64,000 nucleotides of DNA from the NCBI GenBank assembly GCA_964019425.1, contig OZ025784.1, positions 558,001 through 622,000 on the forward strand. The letters are read 5' to 3'. Each line of letters opens with the position of its first letter. Position 1 is the first letter of the stretch. A model generated the notes under the pieces. It was given only the letters and a program-made list of their open reading frames with translations, had not been told where the DNA came from and did no database searches. Below are positions 46,801 to 60,000 of this stretch, one piece after another. Source of the DNA: Flectonema sp. DT1601. Its lineage: Eukaryota. Both the position numbers and the translations under genes were made by a program.

Positions 46801-49737
46801 ACACCGACTCGGTGCTGCCCAAAAACACCATTTATAAGAGTTAGATTCCAATGCAAGCATCCTCTCTGTTTCACCAGCAGCAGGTGTAGCACACCTAAAG
46901 AGCTCCTGTTTTCTATCAAATGGAGTTGTGGTTAGTAGAAGTGTTCCAAAGGTTTTAATCCATTTTTGAAATTCAGATTTAGCAGCCTTGTACGGTTCTA
47001 ACAGAGCTGCTCTCTTTTGTTCTCTGGTAGTCGATGCGAGTGATGCAGCGAGTTGGTGATCAGCCATTCCACCTAAGGCTGAGAACATTGCGGAAAAGAT
47101 TGAACCGTTCCTGACGTTTCCCACTTTTGCTTCGTATTTCTCTTTATCAGAACGGGAAGCATAAGGTGTTGTCACCTCACTTAACAAACAAAGTCTATCA
47201 ATATCAGGACCCTCAAGAGATAGTAATGTCAGAAGTAATAATTCAGGCCAAGACATCTCCTGGTCTCGATGAATTTCAGACAACGAAGCAGACAACAGAC
47301 ACAACACTGATAGAGGATCAACGTGATCTGGTAGGCTTAGATTTTCAATCAACTCGTCCAACACATCTCCCTCCTTGTCGTACCACAATAAGATTAATTC
47401 CGACAACAAGTGTGGAACTGTTGCCCTGGTAGTAACCGGAGCCAACGGTGAGATTCCATGAATTGGATGAGAAGGAGCAAGCAAACTTATAAGCGGCAGC
47501 AGCCTATCATTACAAATTTCAATAAAAAGGTCCGGCAGGGGTTCGAATTGAGTATCATGTTCATCAGTTTTTTTACGTTCTTCGCGAAGTTGTAGTCGAA
47601 GCTCTCCATCAGCTACTAACTGCATTAGTTGTCTACTTCTCTCAATAAGGTTTCGATCCATCGCTTGGAAGAGTTGAACGTCAGCTCTCTCAGCATCGTT
47701 TAAACAAGAGTAGCGAAACAAATTAAATGACGACTCTGTACTTATTCCTTTTGTAGACAATGTTTGAGACCTTGTCGCTGATATTTGTAAACCGTGATCA
47801 ATTGGCTTACATTCTTGGACTAAGTGTGTCGCAAAAGGTGGGACAATCACAGTTTTCTCGTCAGGATAAAAAGACAGAGATGAGGCATCGAACCCACGCG
47901 TTTGTTCAAGTCGGTAGCTTATACCTGGTGTTTGGCTAACCTCATCGAGGGAAACTATACAAGGAGCTGCCCAGCAATAGAAATCATCTTTTTTAACGAT
48001 TTCATGCTGCGTTACAGTGACAGCTGCACAAGTTGACATTCTGTGTGTCGGGATGTCAATATTGCTTTGAATAGCGTGTGTTAAACCTATTGTTTTAACC
48101 CATTTTTGCAATTTTGCTTTTGCCCATTGACGTTGAGCATCACCACCCAATGCCTCCAGCAGGTCGGACATCGTTTGTTCATCCAGAGGGGTCTTCTTCG
48201 CAGAGAGAGTTAATTCAGCTACTTTCTTTAAAGTTTTCCCCTTCGGAAGCATCTGCAGACGCTGTTCTGATGGTTTAATGACTAATTTCAAATCGCCATC
48301 TGGTGGGAATTTGAAATCTGCATATCCGACTTCTGTCCCACTCAAACAAGCGATACTAATCCGAATTGACAATTCTTTCTGTGTTAATGGAATGAAAACA
48401 ATGCTATTATACTTCATAACTGAATCATGTAAGAGTGGTTCTACCCTTTGAGGAGATTGACCTCTCGCTTGGATGTCGATAAAAATCATCTCTCCAGCGT
48501 AGTGTTGATTTAGACCTTGCAGTTCATTAACATTTATTATGATTCCGTCTGTTGGGATGTTGCAGGCTTCTTTAACACCTCGAATGGTTAGTGAAATGTC
48601 TTGAAGTATCGATTGATTTCTTTTTGTAGTATACTTTCGATTATATTGATCAAGAGATGATTCTATGGTTGATTGATCTGGAGCATCGGAATACCCGACG
48701 AGCTTATCAATATCATGGCTCTCAAGAGTAAGCAACCAGGAGACTAACATAGTTGATGGTCCAACGTCCGGCATGTCTGGTCCCAACCTCGCATATAACG
48801 CGAATGCGATTTCAGCGAATAGTCCGATTGGATCACCGATGTCATCTCCTTCGGTCTTTTTAGGTTTTTTTAAATTATTTATTATCTCATCAATGACTGT
48901 TGGAGTTCCTTCACCATCTACTGTTTTAGTATACCAACACTTGATAACTTCACAGACAATAGGCTCCGTAACTGAGTCATCAAGCATGAAGGGTATTAGC
49001 TTTGTTCTTTTTGGAATTCCTATCACTTTGCTGGGTTTTTCATAAGCTTCTATTTCTTCATCAGGTATGGGCTTTACAAGTTGTGTTTCTGCTACGTAAT
49101 GTGAGTCTCCAGCGAGTTCTAACTCGTCGAGGAGGAGTTCAAGTCGATGGTCACCCTCTTCGATTATCGATTCGAGAGGTTGTTTAGGTCTGCCATGACG
49201 TTCAAATGCTGACATTAATGATTTGGTAACAGCAGATGGATGTGCTGCTGATGAGTTTAATTGACAAAGACCAGCAGCTAATACAGAACTTGGTATCACT
49301 GTTTCCTGATGAATATCTAAATTGGTAAGCCTCGCTTCATCATCCGCAGCTTCCAAAGCAATATCGATATCTGTTGGTGCTAATCTGATGTTTTCAGTTT
49401 TCAGTATTCGACCTGTTTCACTGACCAGTTCTCTCGCAAGAGAGTAGCTGAGCTTATCGCTTCCTATAATTGAAGTTGTTATTTCTTTCCATGCAGCTTT
49501 ACTGGCTTGTTGTCTTTGTATGTACATAGGAATTCCCATATAAACATCGACGTCATCCATTAAGTCATTCATCGTTGTCATAGTTACAGTATTAGGTGAT
49601 GCTTCTAATAGTTCAGCGCTAGCAGTTCCTCCAGCTAACAACGCCTGAAGAACAACATCTCTTGATAGAGTTCCTACGTTCTCTCTATCTAATAATTTGA
49701 ATAACCGTTCCGGAGTCTCGTCAACGTCGGTATTCAT
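43806..49737 (-). CDS. Multidomain protein: EF-hand-like, two degenerate ADP-ribosyltransferase-like domains, C2-like domains, B-box zinc fingers and a small PAN/apple-like C-terminal domain; 3 exons, ~1932 aa
   Basis: Exons 49737-45550, 45485-44460 and 44390-43806 join in frame. EF-hand-like LFKLLDRENVGTLSRD; internal duplication (DID..RN.SI..QKW.KT.G..WAAP..PP); C2-like WEEKF..LGAVSL..GILNVEI; three clear B-boxes plus one degenerate. Confidence 0.82.
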
Positions 49738-50221
49738 TTTTTTTTTTCTTTTTTTTTTAAAATAACCAGTCAAAGGTAATCTTACATGGTTAGTTCTGAA
49801 GGGAAAGTATGGTTAAGAAACTATTCAGATTAAGAGACGGTATTTATTATGTCACGTTGTATTGAATAACTAAATGCCTGGCGCCGACCCAAACACCGTA
49901 GTACACCTCACTACAGGTGCAGGAAGAGGACAAGTTTACACTATGTTTTAGAAAATTGCGAACCCCGACATTATTTTTCTGCAAAAGGGGGATAAGAAAT
50001 GTTTTCCTCAAACTGTACGTACATTCCATCAAATCACACTAAAGAAAATAAACAAATTGAGTTGAGAGTACAGACTCGTGTAACTGTAAGAAGTTATTAT
50101 TATTATTGTTTTAACAATTTCTTTTTTTTCAAAAGAAACTATTTAGAAGGCGTAAATATAAAATAATACAGCAGATCTACAGAACTTTTTCTTCTCTCCG
50201 TACACACGCAGGATGAAATGT

Positions 50222-50911
50222 CTATTCCGGCAACGCTTTTCCCATTCCATTTGTTGCGTTGCAATAAACTTTTTTTGAAGAGCAAGTGACGCTTCTATCG
50301 AGCGGGAGGATTCTCGCCTCTGGAGTGTCAAGGTGTCCTGGTCTTAATGTCAATTGAAGGATTTCATCTCCTTGCTTGCTTCTTACTACTACAGTTGCTT
50401 CAGTGGGTACAACTAGAACTTTAGGTATTGAAAGAATCGGGTTCAGACTGTCATCATTTATACGAAAAGAAGGATTCGATTCGAGAATTATTTTATCGAC
50501 GTGGACTTCATCACCCGCTTCCAAGAACGAACACGCTAATGCTAACTCGTTTCTGAAATACAAGATAGCAACTTCTTTTTTATTCGATTCGTCAATTTCC
50601 ATCAAAGAAACATTAAAAACAGTTCCGTTACTGTATTCTCTTTGTCTTAACTTACATCTCTCGGTTACTATTCCCCTGACGTCAATATCATGTGTTCCGA
50701 GTGACTTGCGTAGGACCCCCTGATGTTATTATTTTTTTTCGAATCTGGTAATTCAACAAAAAAAAAAAAAAAAAAAAAAAAGGAGGGGGAGATAACTGTA
50801 TCATAAACAACAACAAACGATAATTTTTAACATTAGTTCAAGATACAAAAAAAAAAGGAGGAGGAGGGGGGAAAAAAAAATCTTATATCATACTTGTAAT
50901 GCCTTACTCAT
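50222..50911 (-). CDS. Small OB-fold-like protein; 2 exons, ~171 aa
   Basis: An 18-nt first exon (MSKALQ, 50911-50894) splices in frame to 50719-50222. The pattern DIDVRGIV..VFNVSL.E..AILYF..LA..LEAGDEVHV is OB-like. Confidence 0.6.
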
Positions 50912-51230
50912 TAATATTTCATTGATGTATTTGTACAATTAAGAGATTGGAAGGGGATTGACCTGTGAGGGAAATATAACATATAAAAAATTAACATTTT
51001 TGACTAACTATCGTAATTGTTAAGATCGCGTTCACTCGGTAGAACGACCCCGTTAGAGTGTGAACTATATTCACATTCTGTCAAACCACTCAACACATGA
51101 TTACATTGTCAATATTTTTAAAAGTAAAAAATTTGACAAATAGTTGACTTGGATAGATTTTAAGGAACTCGTAAAAAAAAAAAAAAACATATATTTTTTC
51201 GTCAAATTCACTGAAAAAGAGTGAATTGAG

Positions 51231-52162
51231 CTACGCGTTTTCATCATCGTCGAATTCTCGTGGTCGTTTTTGTTTTGAAGGAGATGATGCTGATGCTTTC
51301 AAAGCTTGAAGACGAGCCTTAACATCATCATCAAGATCGTCATCAGGTTGACGTGCAGGTTGTTTGAGTGCAGCTAATCGTTCAGCAACGCTCGGATCAA
51401 TATTTAGTTGTTCATCTGTTTCTGGAACTGATTGCTGAAGATGCTTACGGCGCTCTTTTCGATTAGTTGCTGTTGTGTCGTCATCATCTATGCCAGCGTT
51501 ATCAAATTGTGTTTCTGTTTCAGAGTTCGCCCAAATTGATTCGTACTCAGGTTCCACTGTTGATGCCGAAGCTAACTTTTCTCTGTGAATCTGTATAGCA
51601 GCAAGATACTGACCGTATTTATTACCGAATATATTTCTCCTTCCTCCTCTACCTGTTGAGCATCCTCTGCAACCATTAAAACGTCCTTCAACAAGTGGGT
51701 GATCAGGTCCTAATTCATATCTGGGAACTCGACAGACACTGACAGTTCCATGATTAAAATTCTTATTATTAATGCTATAGGTACTACACAGTCGTTCATA
51801 TCCTTGTTTCTTCCACTTCGCAATGAGTGCCACGTCAACTAGTTTTTGTTTGGTACAATAATCGTACACTCCTTTTGGTATTCTTTTATAGCGATAATAC
51901 AAGTCGTAAACGTATCTGCTTCGTTGCCAATTTATCTGTGGTAGGTTATTTGGGGGGTTTTTTTATATCACTCAGAATGGTAATGGTGATGAAAAAAGAT
52001 ACAAACCTGGTGAATAGGCCACTGCAACTCAACGTTTCTTCTTTCAGTGTTCATACCGCTGACGTGCTCTTTTTGCTCTGCGTCTAACGCGTCCATAACA
52101 GTTGATATAATGTCCCATCCCTCGGGAAGTTTCTTCTTTCCCCATCTTCGATCACCTGACAT
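51231..52162 (-). CDS. BUD31: BUD31/G10 family spliceosomal protein, divergent, with C-terminal extension; 2 exons, 286 aa
   Basis: Exons 52162-52007 and 51935-51231. Motifs PEGW..I, WPIHQINWQRSRYVYDLYY, LIAKWKKQGYERLC, CRVP and GCRGCS. Confidence 0.88.
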
Positions 52163-52426
52163 TTTACGTGTTTTTTTTTTTTGTTTTTTTTTGCTATTCT
52201 GTTTTAAAGTGTGAATTATTATTGTAACAAATAAACTTTTTCGTTATCTCTCACTTTTCCCTGCCACCCTTCGAACATCTTATTTCTAATATTTTTTTTT
52301 AATTCTGTTTTTTTAGTAGTGAAAAAGAGTAATGAATGTGATGGGCAAGTAGTGATCTATCTGTTTAAAAAAACAAGTTCAGCTGAGAAAATGTTTTTTT
52401 AAAAAAAAAAACCGTGTAAATGAGGT

Positions 52427-53775
52427 CTAAGCACCTTCTTCAATATTGCTGCTAGTCTGGTGATTGCTATCTCTGAATGAGACGCTTTGTTTTCTTCTTC
52501 TTGGTGATGACATGTCTATGGTTGATCTCCTTCTCTGTTCTAGATAGAGCGGTTCTGCTACGTGAGGTTGTCGTATTGAGATCCTTTTGTAGAATGAGTT
52601 CCAAACAGATTTCTGAATAACTGGATCTGGAGTGTTAAGTTGAGGAACCCTCAAATCAATTAGTGAGAAGGTGTCTTCTTCTAAATTAGCATACGCTTCT
52701 TTAATATCAAAATCATTAATATCGGTACCAAAAGGATCTTGAATCTCCATCGCCACTTGATTTATTCCATAATACGCAAGTGCCGCCATCAAAACTGTTA
52801 CTAAAGTAAACCAACCATAACGACGAACTAACACGAATGGTAATGTTGTTAAGAATAGAAATGTCAGGCAATGAGTCAACTGCACATATGGAAACGGGAT
52901 CTGAGCTTCATGCATGCTCCATATCTCTCGATACGATTCTGTTAAGTCTTGTAAGATAACATCAATTTGACTTAGTTGAGCCTGTGTTTTGAATTGTTCT
53001 TTTTAACACAAACAACAGAGATTACTATGAATAGTACCCCACTTTAAAAACACAAAATGACAAACCTGTGAAATAACTCTGTCTTCCTCTAAAGCGTTAA
53101 GAGCAGAACTCAGTTCCAAAGCTTCCTGTAGAATTAAAGTGCTGTCTTGTTTTGACGGATCTCTAAAAAATATTTTTTGTTTCTCAGTAAGCAAAGGAAC
53201 ATCAATGTATTCTCCATCCCAACTACGTCTTTTATATCGAGGGCACTGCTGGATCGAGCTTTGAACAGTACCAGTCAGGATGCATTTGAATAAGAAAAAC
53301 ATCACTAAAATAGACCTCCGAACTTCTTCCCGAAGCCTACGAATTTTATATGTCTCACCGACACTATAGGAACAGACTAGTGAGATGATTCTGAGAGAAT
53401 TATTGATGACGGAGTCCAATACGTGTCTTCCCCTGGGTTTTGTTATTATTATTATTATTTTTTTAAATAAAAAAAAAAAAGTTAAAGTAAACACTTCAAA
53501 AAACTTATAACAAACCTCAGATATCTCTTATAAGCGAGATCAGACCTAAAGACTAACAACAGACTAACAGAATGATTCAGCAATCCATGAACAAAAGAAT
53601 CCCAGTCGTCACTATCGCTAACCTGATCATGAGCTCGGATGTAGCGGTAATACACAATACATAAAACAGTTACTGTACATGAGATTGCCAATTGAGGGAC
53701 AACTGATCCCATCACCGAACCTTTCCATATCAGTAACGTCGACCAATACGTTGCAGGATTGTATTGTACGACCAT
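52427..53775 (-). CDS. Bestrophin (RFP-TM/UPF0187-type) anion channel; 3 exons, ~393 aa
   Basis: Exons 53775-53516, 53432-53066 and 52981-52427. Motifs WKGSV, SLLLVFR..AY.R, IPFPYVQ..FL..LPF and EIQDPFG.D.NDF. Confidence 0.88.
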
Positions 53776-54029
53776 CGTGTAAGCGATAGCTGTTGAGGAG
53801 GAAGAAGGGTTAATTATTTATCGGATGATGATTTTTTTTTTTTAAAAAAAACAAAACAACACAACAAACAAAAAAAAAAAATTGTTTTTTTTCGAATATT
53901 TTTTTTTACGAGAACAAAAAAGACGTGTAAATGAAGTAACAAAAACAAAAAACAGAACGAACCAACACGATTGATAAGAATGACCTCCCAACAGAAAGGT
54001 GTAAATGAGAGTTAGTATATGAGATTAAT

Positions 54030-57000
54030 CTACACAATCACAATAAACAGCAAAACAATTAAAACAACAGCATCGAACATTAAAACACAACTATCAGAGG
54101 ACGCGAGGGACTGTTCGACCGATAGTGTTATTGTCGACATCTCACTGTCAGTAGGGATGGGTGTGTTCATCTGAGTCACATCAGGTTGTATTATTACAAC
54201 AACAGGGAATAAAGGTTTAAATATTAATGCAACTGGAGATGTATTGTTTTGAAGACCTTCTGTGAAGGCTTCGATTATGAATGAAATTGCATCCCATGTT
54301 TCCAATTCTGTCAATGATTGGAATGAAAATTCCAAAACAGAACCAGAATTTTCTAATAAACTAACAGAACGACTCCCAACTGTTGTTTTGTTGTAAAACA
54401 CGCATGTCGTTCCGTTAATGTCACATTTTCCAGTCAGTTTTACTTCAACTTCAGGAAACACTATTTCCATGTTGTTTCTAAAATCGACTTCAGAATAAGT
54501 TCCAAAATCACACAAACCACAACTAACAACAACAATCGGAGGATCCCAAGGAAATATATACGGCTCAGGAAGATTTATAGCGTTCTGTGATATTTCATCC
54601 TTAACAGAAAACGCAAAAGACCAAATAGTCAGAACACCATAGCCATCTCTGTATAAATTAAATCCAACAGACGTGTTAACAGACTTACTGTTGTAGACAG
54701 CTTTTATTGTAGCTTTTCCTTTATTAAATTTACCCGTTTGGTTCATGAATACAACTCTTTGAGTGAATTCGTTGCTGATCCAAGTAGCTGAAAAGGTTGT
54801 GAAATTATCACCTAGTGCGATATTTCCGAGGGCGTCTCGAGCGGAAACTGTTACTGTAAAAGGTCGTCTTTCAGTTGGGTGTTTTGATATGGCTTCAGAC
54901 TCGACTATAAAATAATCAATTTTTTGAAATGTTAGTATCAGTCTCTCAGTGCTTTCTAGAGTCCCGTCGTGAGGTACTACTGCGAAAAACACGTCAGCAT
55001 CATCACCTGTTTTTTTTTTTTTTGTTTTTTTTTTTTGCTTTTTTTTTCCCTACAATAGTAATAAACCAAAAGAAGGAAACATACCAACATAAACCAAATT
55101 GAAGACCATTCGACCTCCATCAAGTCTTTTCGTTATGGAAGATGATCTCGTCGCAGGATGAAGCGATGATTGATTTTGAAGAGGTCGAAACTCAGTTGAA
55201 TTTAGAAGCCTACAACTTACGAACTGATCTGATGAAAATAAATATCCCTCCGTATCAAGTAGTGATACGGAGATGGTCATGGTAGAAAACATCCCTGATA
55301 GTCGTAGAGTTTTTATGGTTGATGCATTGTCTATTACCAATCGATGAGGTTTTGATTTTATAACAAAAAAATCTGAATAACAATAAAGATTAAGCAAGGG
55401 AAGTTTGAACAACAACCTGACGTTGGTTGTTGTTTTGTTTTGAAATTGAATCCAAATACCAAATTGACCACTGCTATTAACTGGAGTCAGAGATGATAAA
55501 AATTGAATCTGATTAAGGATATCACCCTCAAATGATACTTCAATAGATTCAGTGACTCCCTTTACGAGTGTTCCAATCGTAGAGATGACTGATAATTGTA
55601 ATCCAACAGGACTGTTAACAGTGACACCATCAGAGTATGATTGTGAAATATTCTTTTCTAAGATGAGTTCAACGGGATTCTGTACTGTCATGTTGTATAT
55701 TTCTATTGATGTGATATTCTTATCAAAAAGTTCCAAAAATAGTCCGCAACCCTCACCAGGATTGTCGAAACGGATCACTGATTGAATAACACCATTCACC
55801 ATTCGAAGTGAATCTTTCAGTTTGAATTGACAGTCTCCCGTTGGAGTTAATATAATGTTATCGAAATCAATACTGCTGTCGAGTTGAAGTAAATCATCAG
55901 CACACGAGACTGTTATTGGATACCACGTATTTGATAAGATGTGGTTGTATGACTCTATCTTACCTGAAGTCATAACAAGTTGAGAACACACAAACATCCC
56001 GACAGTAAACACAGCCTGAGTTGACACGGATACAAGCGTTCCCTGAGGAGCTGAAAATCTAATTGCGCAGGTACCTCCGGTAGGGACGTCTAGGAAACTG
56101 AGGGGGAAAACTGCTTTTCCCTTAGTCAATAAAACATGGTCTCCTCCTCCGTGAATGATCACAGGGATATCACAAAGAGGTTTGAATGAAATACGAAGAT
56201 TTGGAGAATCAAAATCAACATTCGGAAGTATTCCGACATCAGTTGCTGCAATCACAACTCTAACGATTCCATTAACAGAAGCTTCAAAGTCTTTTGATAT
56301 GACTCGGAGATTGGTTGCTGATGTCCTTACTGTGATGGTAGTCTTACTGGATGGTGTCTCACGAAGGATGGGATTGATTGAGATACTTCTGCTACTCAGT
56401 TGACCATCGTGTGTTGTTACGTGAAGTTCTCCTTCTTCGATTGGTTTATCGAATGCTACTGCTATCCACATGACTCCCTGAACTAATCCACCCGTTTCTT
56501 TCCAAATGAGATCACGAGATAATAGATTTGGATCTCTTCTTATAACATTCCCACTGTAACCAATTATTGTTATGTTTACTTTAACTTGGTTGGAAGGGTT
56601 TCCGACACTCTGTTTTTTTTAGTTTTTCTTTTTTTTTTTTTTTAGTTTTTTTTTTTTTTTTTATAAAAAATATAAAAAATAAAAACAAACCTCATCCCAA
56701 TTACGAAAATTATCAATAGCAACAACCCTGAACAGTAATGCTTCTCTTATTAACACGTTTCGTGTGTTCATCTTTTCAATTACTAGTTGTGTTGATTTGG
56801 CTTGCACAACAACATTTACTGGGATACCACCAATCAAGAGAATGCACCTGTTTTTAGATGTTTCTTTTGTAATTGGTGTATTATAATTCACAAGAATTTA
56901 AGATTTTCACATACATGGAACAGGCTGTCGTGAATTGTAATTTCCAAGTTAGTAACCCCTCAGACCATTGTGATGAATATAATGGACTGGAATCAAAGGT

Positions 57001-60000
57001 TATGTATTTCTGTGGAGGTGGTGGGTTGCTCCATATCAATGACCCTCCGTCACCATTCCCACCACCCTCAATCTTAGTGAGTGAAATAGTACTATTGTTG
57101 TGTGTGGTTACCACATAACCATCGAGATCGACTGCAGCTAAAGTGATTGAGAAAATATCATTAGTTCTGAAGACTACACTCGTAGAACCCATGATTTCAT
57201 ATCTTGAAAAGACAGCCTTCACATCATAAGTCCATGGAACTTGATAAACTTTTGTTATCTCTCCAACAGGTGAATTCACTGATTGTGATATCACAACACT
57301 GCAACCCGTCAAAGGACAGGTGTGAGGAAATGAACTTGACACTACTCCTGTTCCAGTTTTAACGAAAATAGTTGAGTTATGCATCGAACCATATCGTAAC
57401 ATATGTGATTGCAGCTGACCTGACTGTGTGGTATCGCGATAGCAGAGGTTTTGTTGTTGTAGACAGTAGACTGATGAAGCTATTAATCCTATGGAAACGT
57501 TTTTATTTAAAGAAATAATATTATCAGTAACTCTTCTGTAGTCAGGCATTGACATTACTAATGTGTCACTGTGAAGTATCCTCACAGTGAACTCTTTTGT
57601 TACAGCGAATCGAAGTGATGATGAAATATCATGTAGACCGCTGTAGCTGAATTTTAGTTTACAATATTCGCAACTTCCCTTAAATGTAACCCAAACTAAA
57701 GCTCGACCGTCAGTAATAGGAGCTGGGTAATTGACGGTTTGTTGTGGAGAAGCTCCATTGTTTCCATTCCCAACATCAAATAGTTTGACTCCAATAGTTG
57801 TAACAGACGGTAAACCACATCCAGATCGTGAATAAAGTTCTGTTGTAATTTTTCCAACAGAATTCTTTACAGCGTTACCGTGGATATCATTCAGTTGTAA
57901 CCAGATAGGAAAAGTTTGGTTTACAAATAATGAATTTGGAATTTGATAATTGAAATTTTCTAACTTACTTTCAAACATATATCCAATATCTGTCTCTCCT
58001 TTTTGTTTATCTAACTTTAGCCAATTATCTCCTGTTTTTTTTGTTTTTTTTCCTAATTCTCAAAATTTAAAATTTAAAATTCAAAAAAAAAAAAAAAAAA
58101 GTACATACCAGCATAAGGTGCAGAGTCCCTTACGACTAGCCGTCTAGGGGCATAACTTGAAGTCCAATTTACGACCAAAGATGAATTTTTCAAAACCCAA
58201 TTTCTATCTGAATCCTCAACTGTAACAGTTAACACGGCTGAGATATCAGAACGAGTTCCAGCAATTAGAAATGAATCCCCCCCAGTCATGATGTAAATAT
58301 TGATAACATGAAGACTTGATGCACTCTGTTGAAGACACTTAGTGTATAAAGATGAAATGCAAATCAGATTTTGACGGAGATCGTGATTGACATCATGAGA
58401 AACATTCACATAAACACCACCATGGGCACCTCCGATTGGTAATTCATTTTCAAATAAGTTTATTGAAATCATCCCAACCTGATTTATAAAACCATTTTGA
58501 GTTCCCCAATAGTCTCCTTTATATGATCCTGCATAAGGTCGAAGAGATGAAGTATTCGAGTGTAGTTTGAATTTGTTTGGAATTTCAGAAACTTTAAACA
58601 AAACAATGTGAGACTGATACCCAACAGCTTCAAGAACTACACTACAAATATTCAAACCATTACACTGATGCATCATCACCATCGGTATCTTTGTAGATGA
58701 TCCTTCACTTACAAGTATTATATTTGGGATGTTATTTACTCTAACACTACTGCTTACAACTGATGTAGTAGAACGTACATCCATAGTCTTGTTAAGACCA
58801 TCCCAGGCAATGACTTGAATAGAAAAACTCTCATTCTGAACACTGTGTATTGCAGTTATGTTGTTTCCCTTATCTTCGTATCTATCAACAGATGTGACTG
58901 CTCCAGATACTTTAATAAATAATTCAGTTGCAGAAGGGGAGTAGAATATCGTATTGGGTTTCGAAGTTGCTTCAATAGCGCTGTAGTTTTGTTTAAATGA
59001 GGATATCCAGGATGGACCTGTTCTGGATCTGAAGACGACGTTGCAGTCAATACACGGTAGTAAATATCTAATTTTAAAAACAACTTTTGATGATATCATT
59101 TTACGAGATTTTTTACCAGTTTGAGGATCTGTGAGGACATCTACTAAAGGAGTGGTTGCGTTCCCAGAAAAAAACCCTTCTGGATCCCCGACTGTTCCTT
59201 CTACACGATGCAACCATACCCACGAGTCATCAGAAAACGTTTCCTCACCATTTACTCCAGTCGCCATGACAGTGTATGTAATCCATTGATTCACTACTCG
59301 TCTTGAGTTCAGTTCCGGGTATTCTCTTTTTATTTCAATCGCTGCAACGTCTGGTGTTGTCGACCAAAGTTGAACAGGAGCTGACCTAAGACCGGGGCTA
59401 ATAACGTCAATAGGGCAATTCTGGCACGATTGGTGCGTAGTCAGATTTTCTAATAAAACCCTTCCGAATATAAAAAATCCCTTGGCGGGATTCGAACCTG
59501 CCAGTGAAAAGTTTCCGTTTTCGGTGAGAGGATTAATGGTTGCATCTGATCCCCAGGATGATCCAAGAGACAGGTAGGCGGGATTCGTGTACCAAAAGTC
59601 TCGAAACCCGGAGTTTCCGAGAGCGAGAATATCTCCACGAAAGGGAGAACCAGGTGAGAATGGTTTAGGTGTGACGGCAATGTGTGTTGCAGGCTCTCTA
59701 ATCCAAATAAAAAGTGATGCTGACAAAGTCGTATTGACAAGCTGAATGTAAATCTCACAAGGAATTCTATCAATAACATCATAACTACCACAAGGCTTAT
59801 TAAATACAACCGACAGCGACCAAGACCCGCTGACACCTAAAGTCTTCGACGCAATTACCGTCCCGTTCACTGACCCATTCCTTGGATCAATTAGTAACAA
59901 CTTAACAGTAGGAACACCACTCACAACATTTATTATATCTTGGTGTGATACTAGATTGCTGTTCGAATCCCCGGCAGTACACAGAATCGTGTATTGTCTT

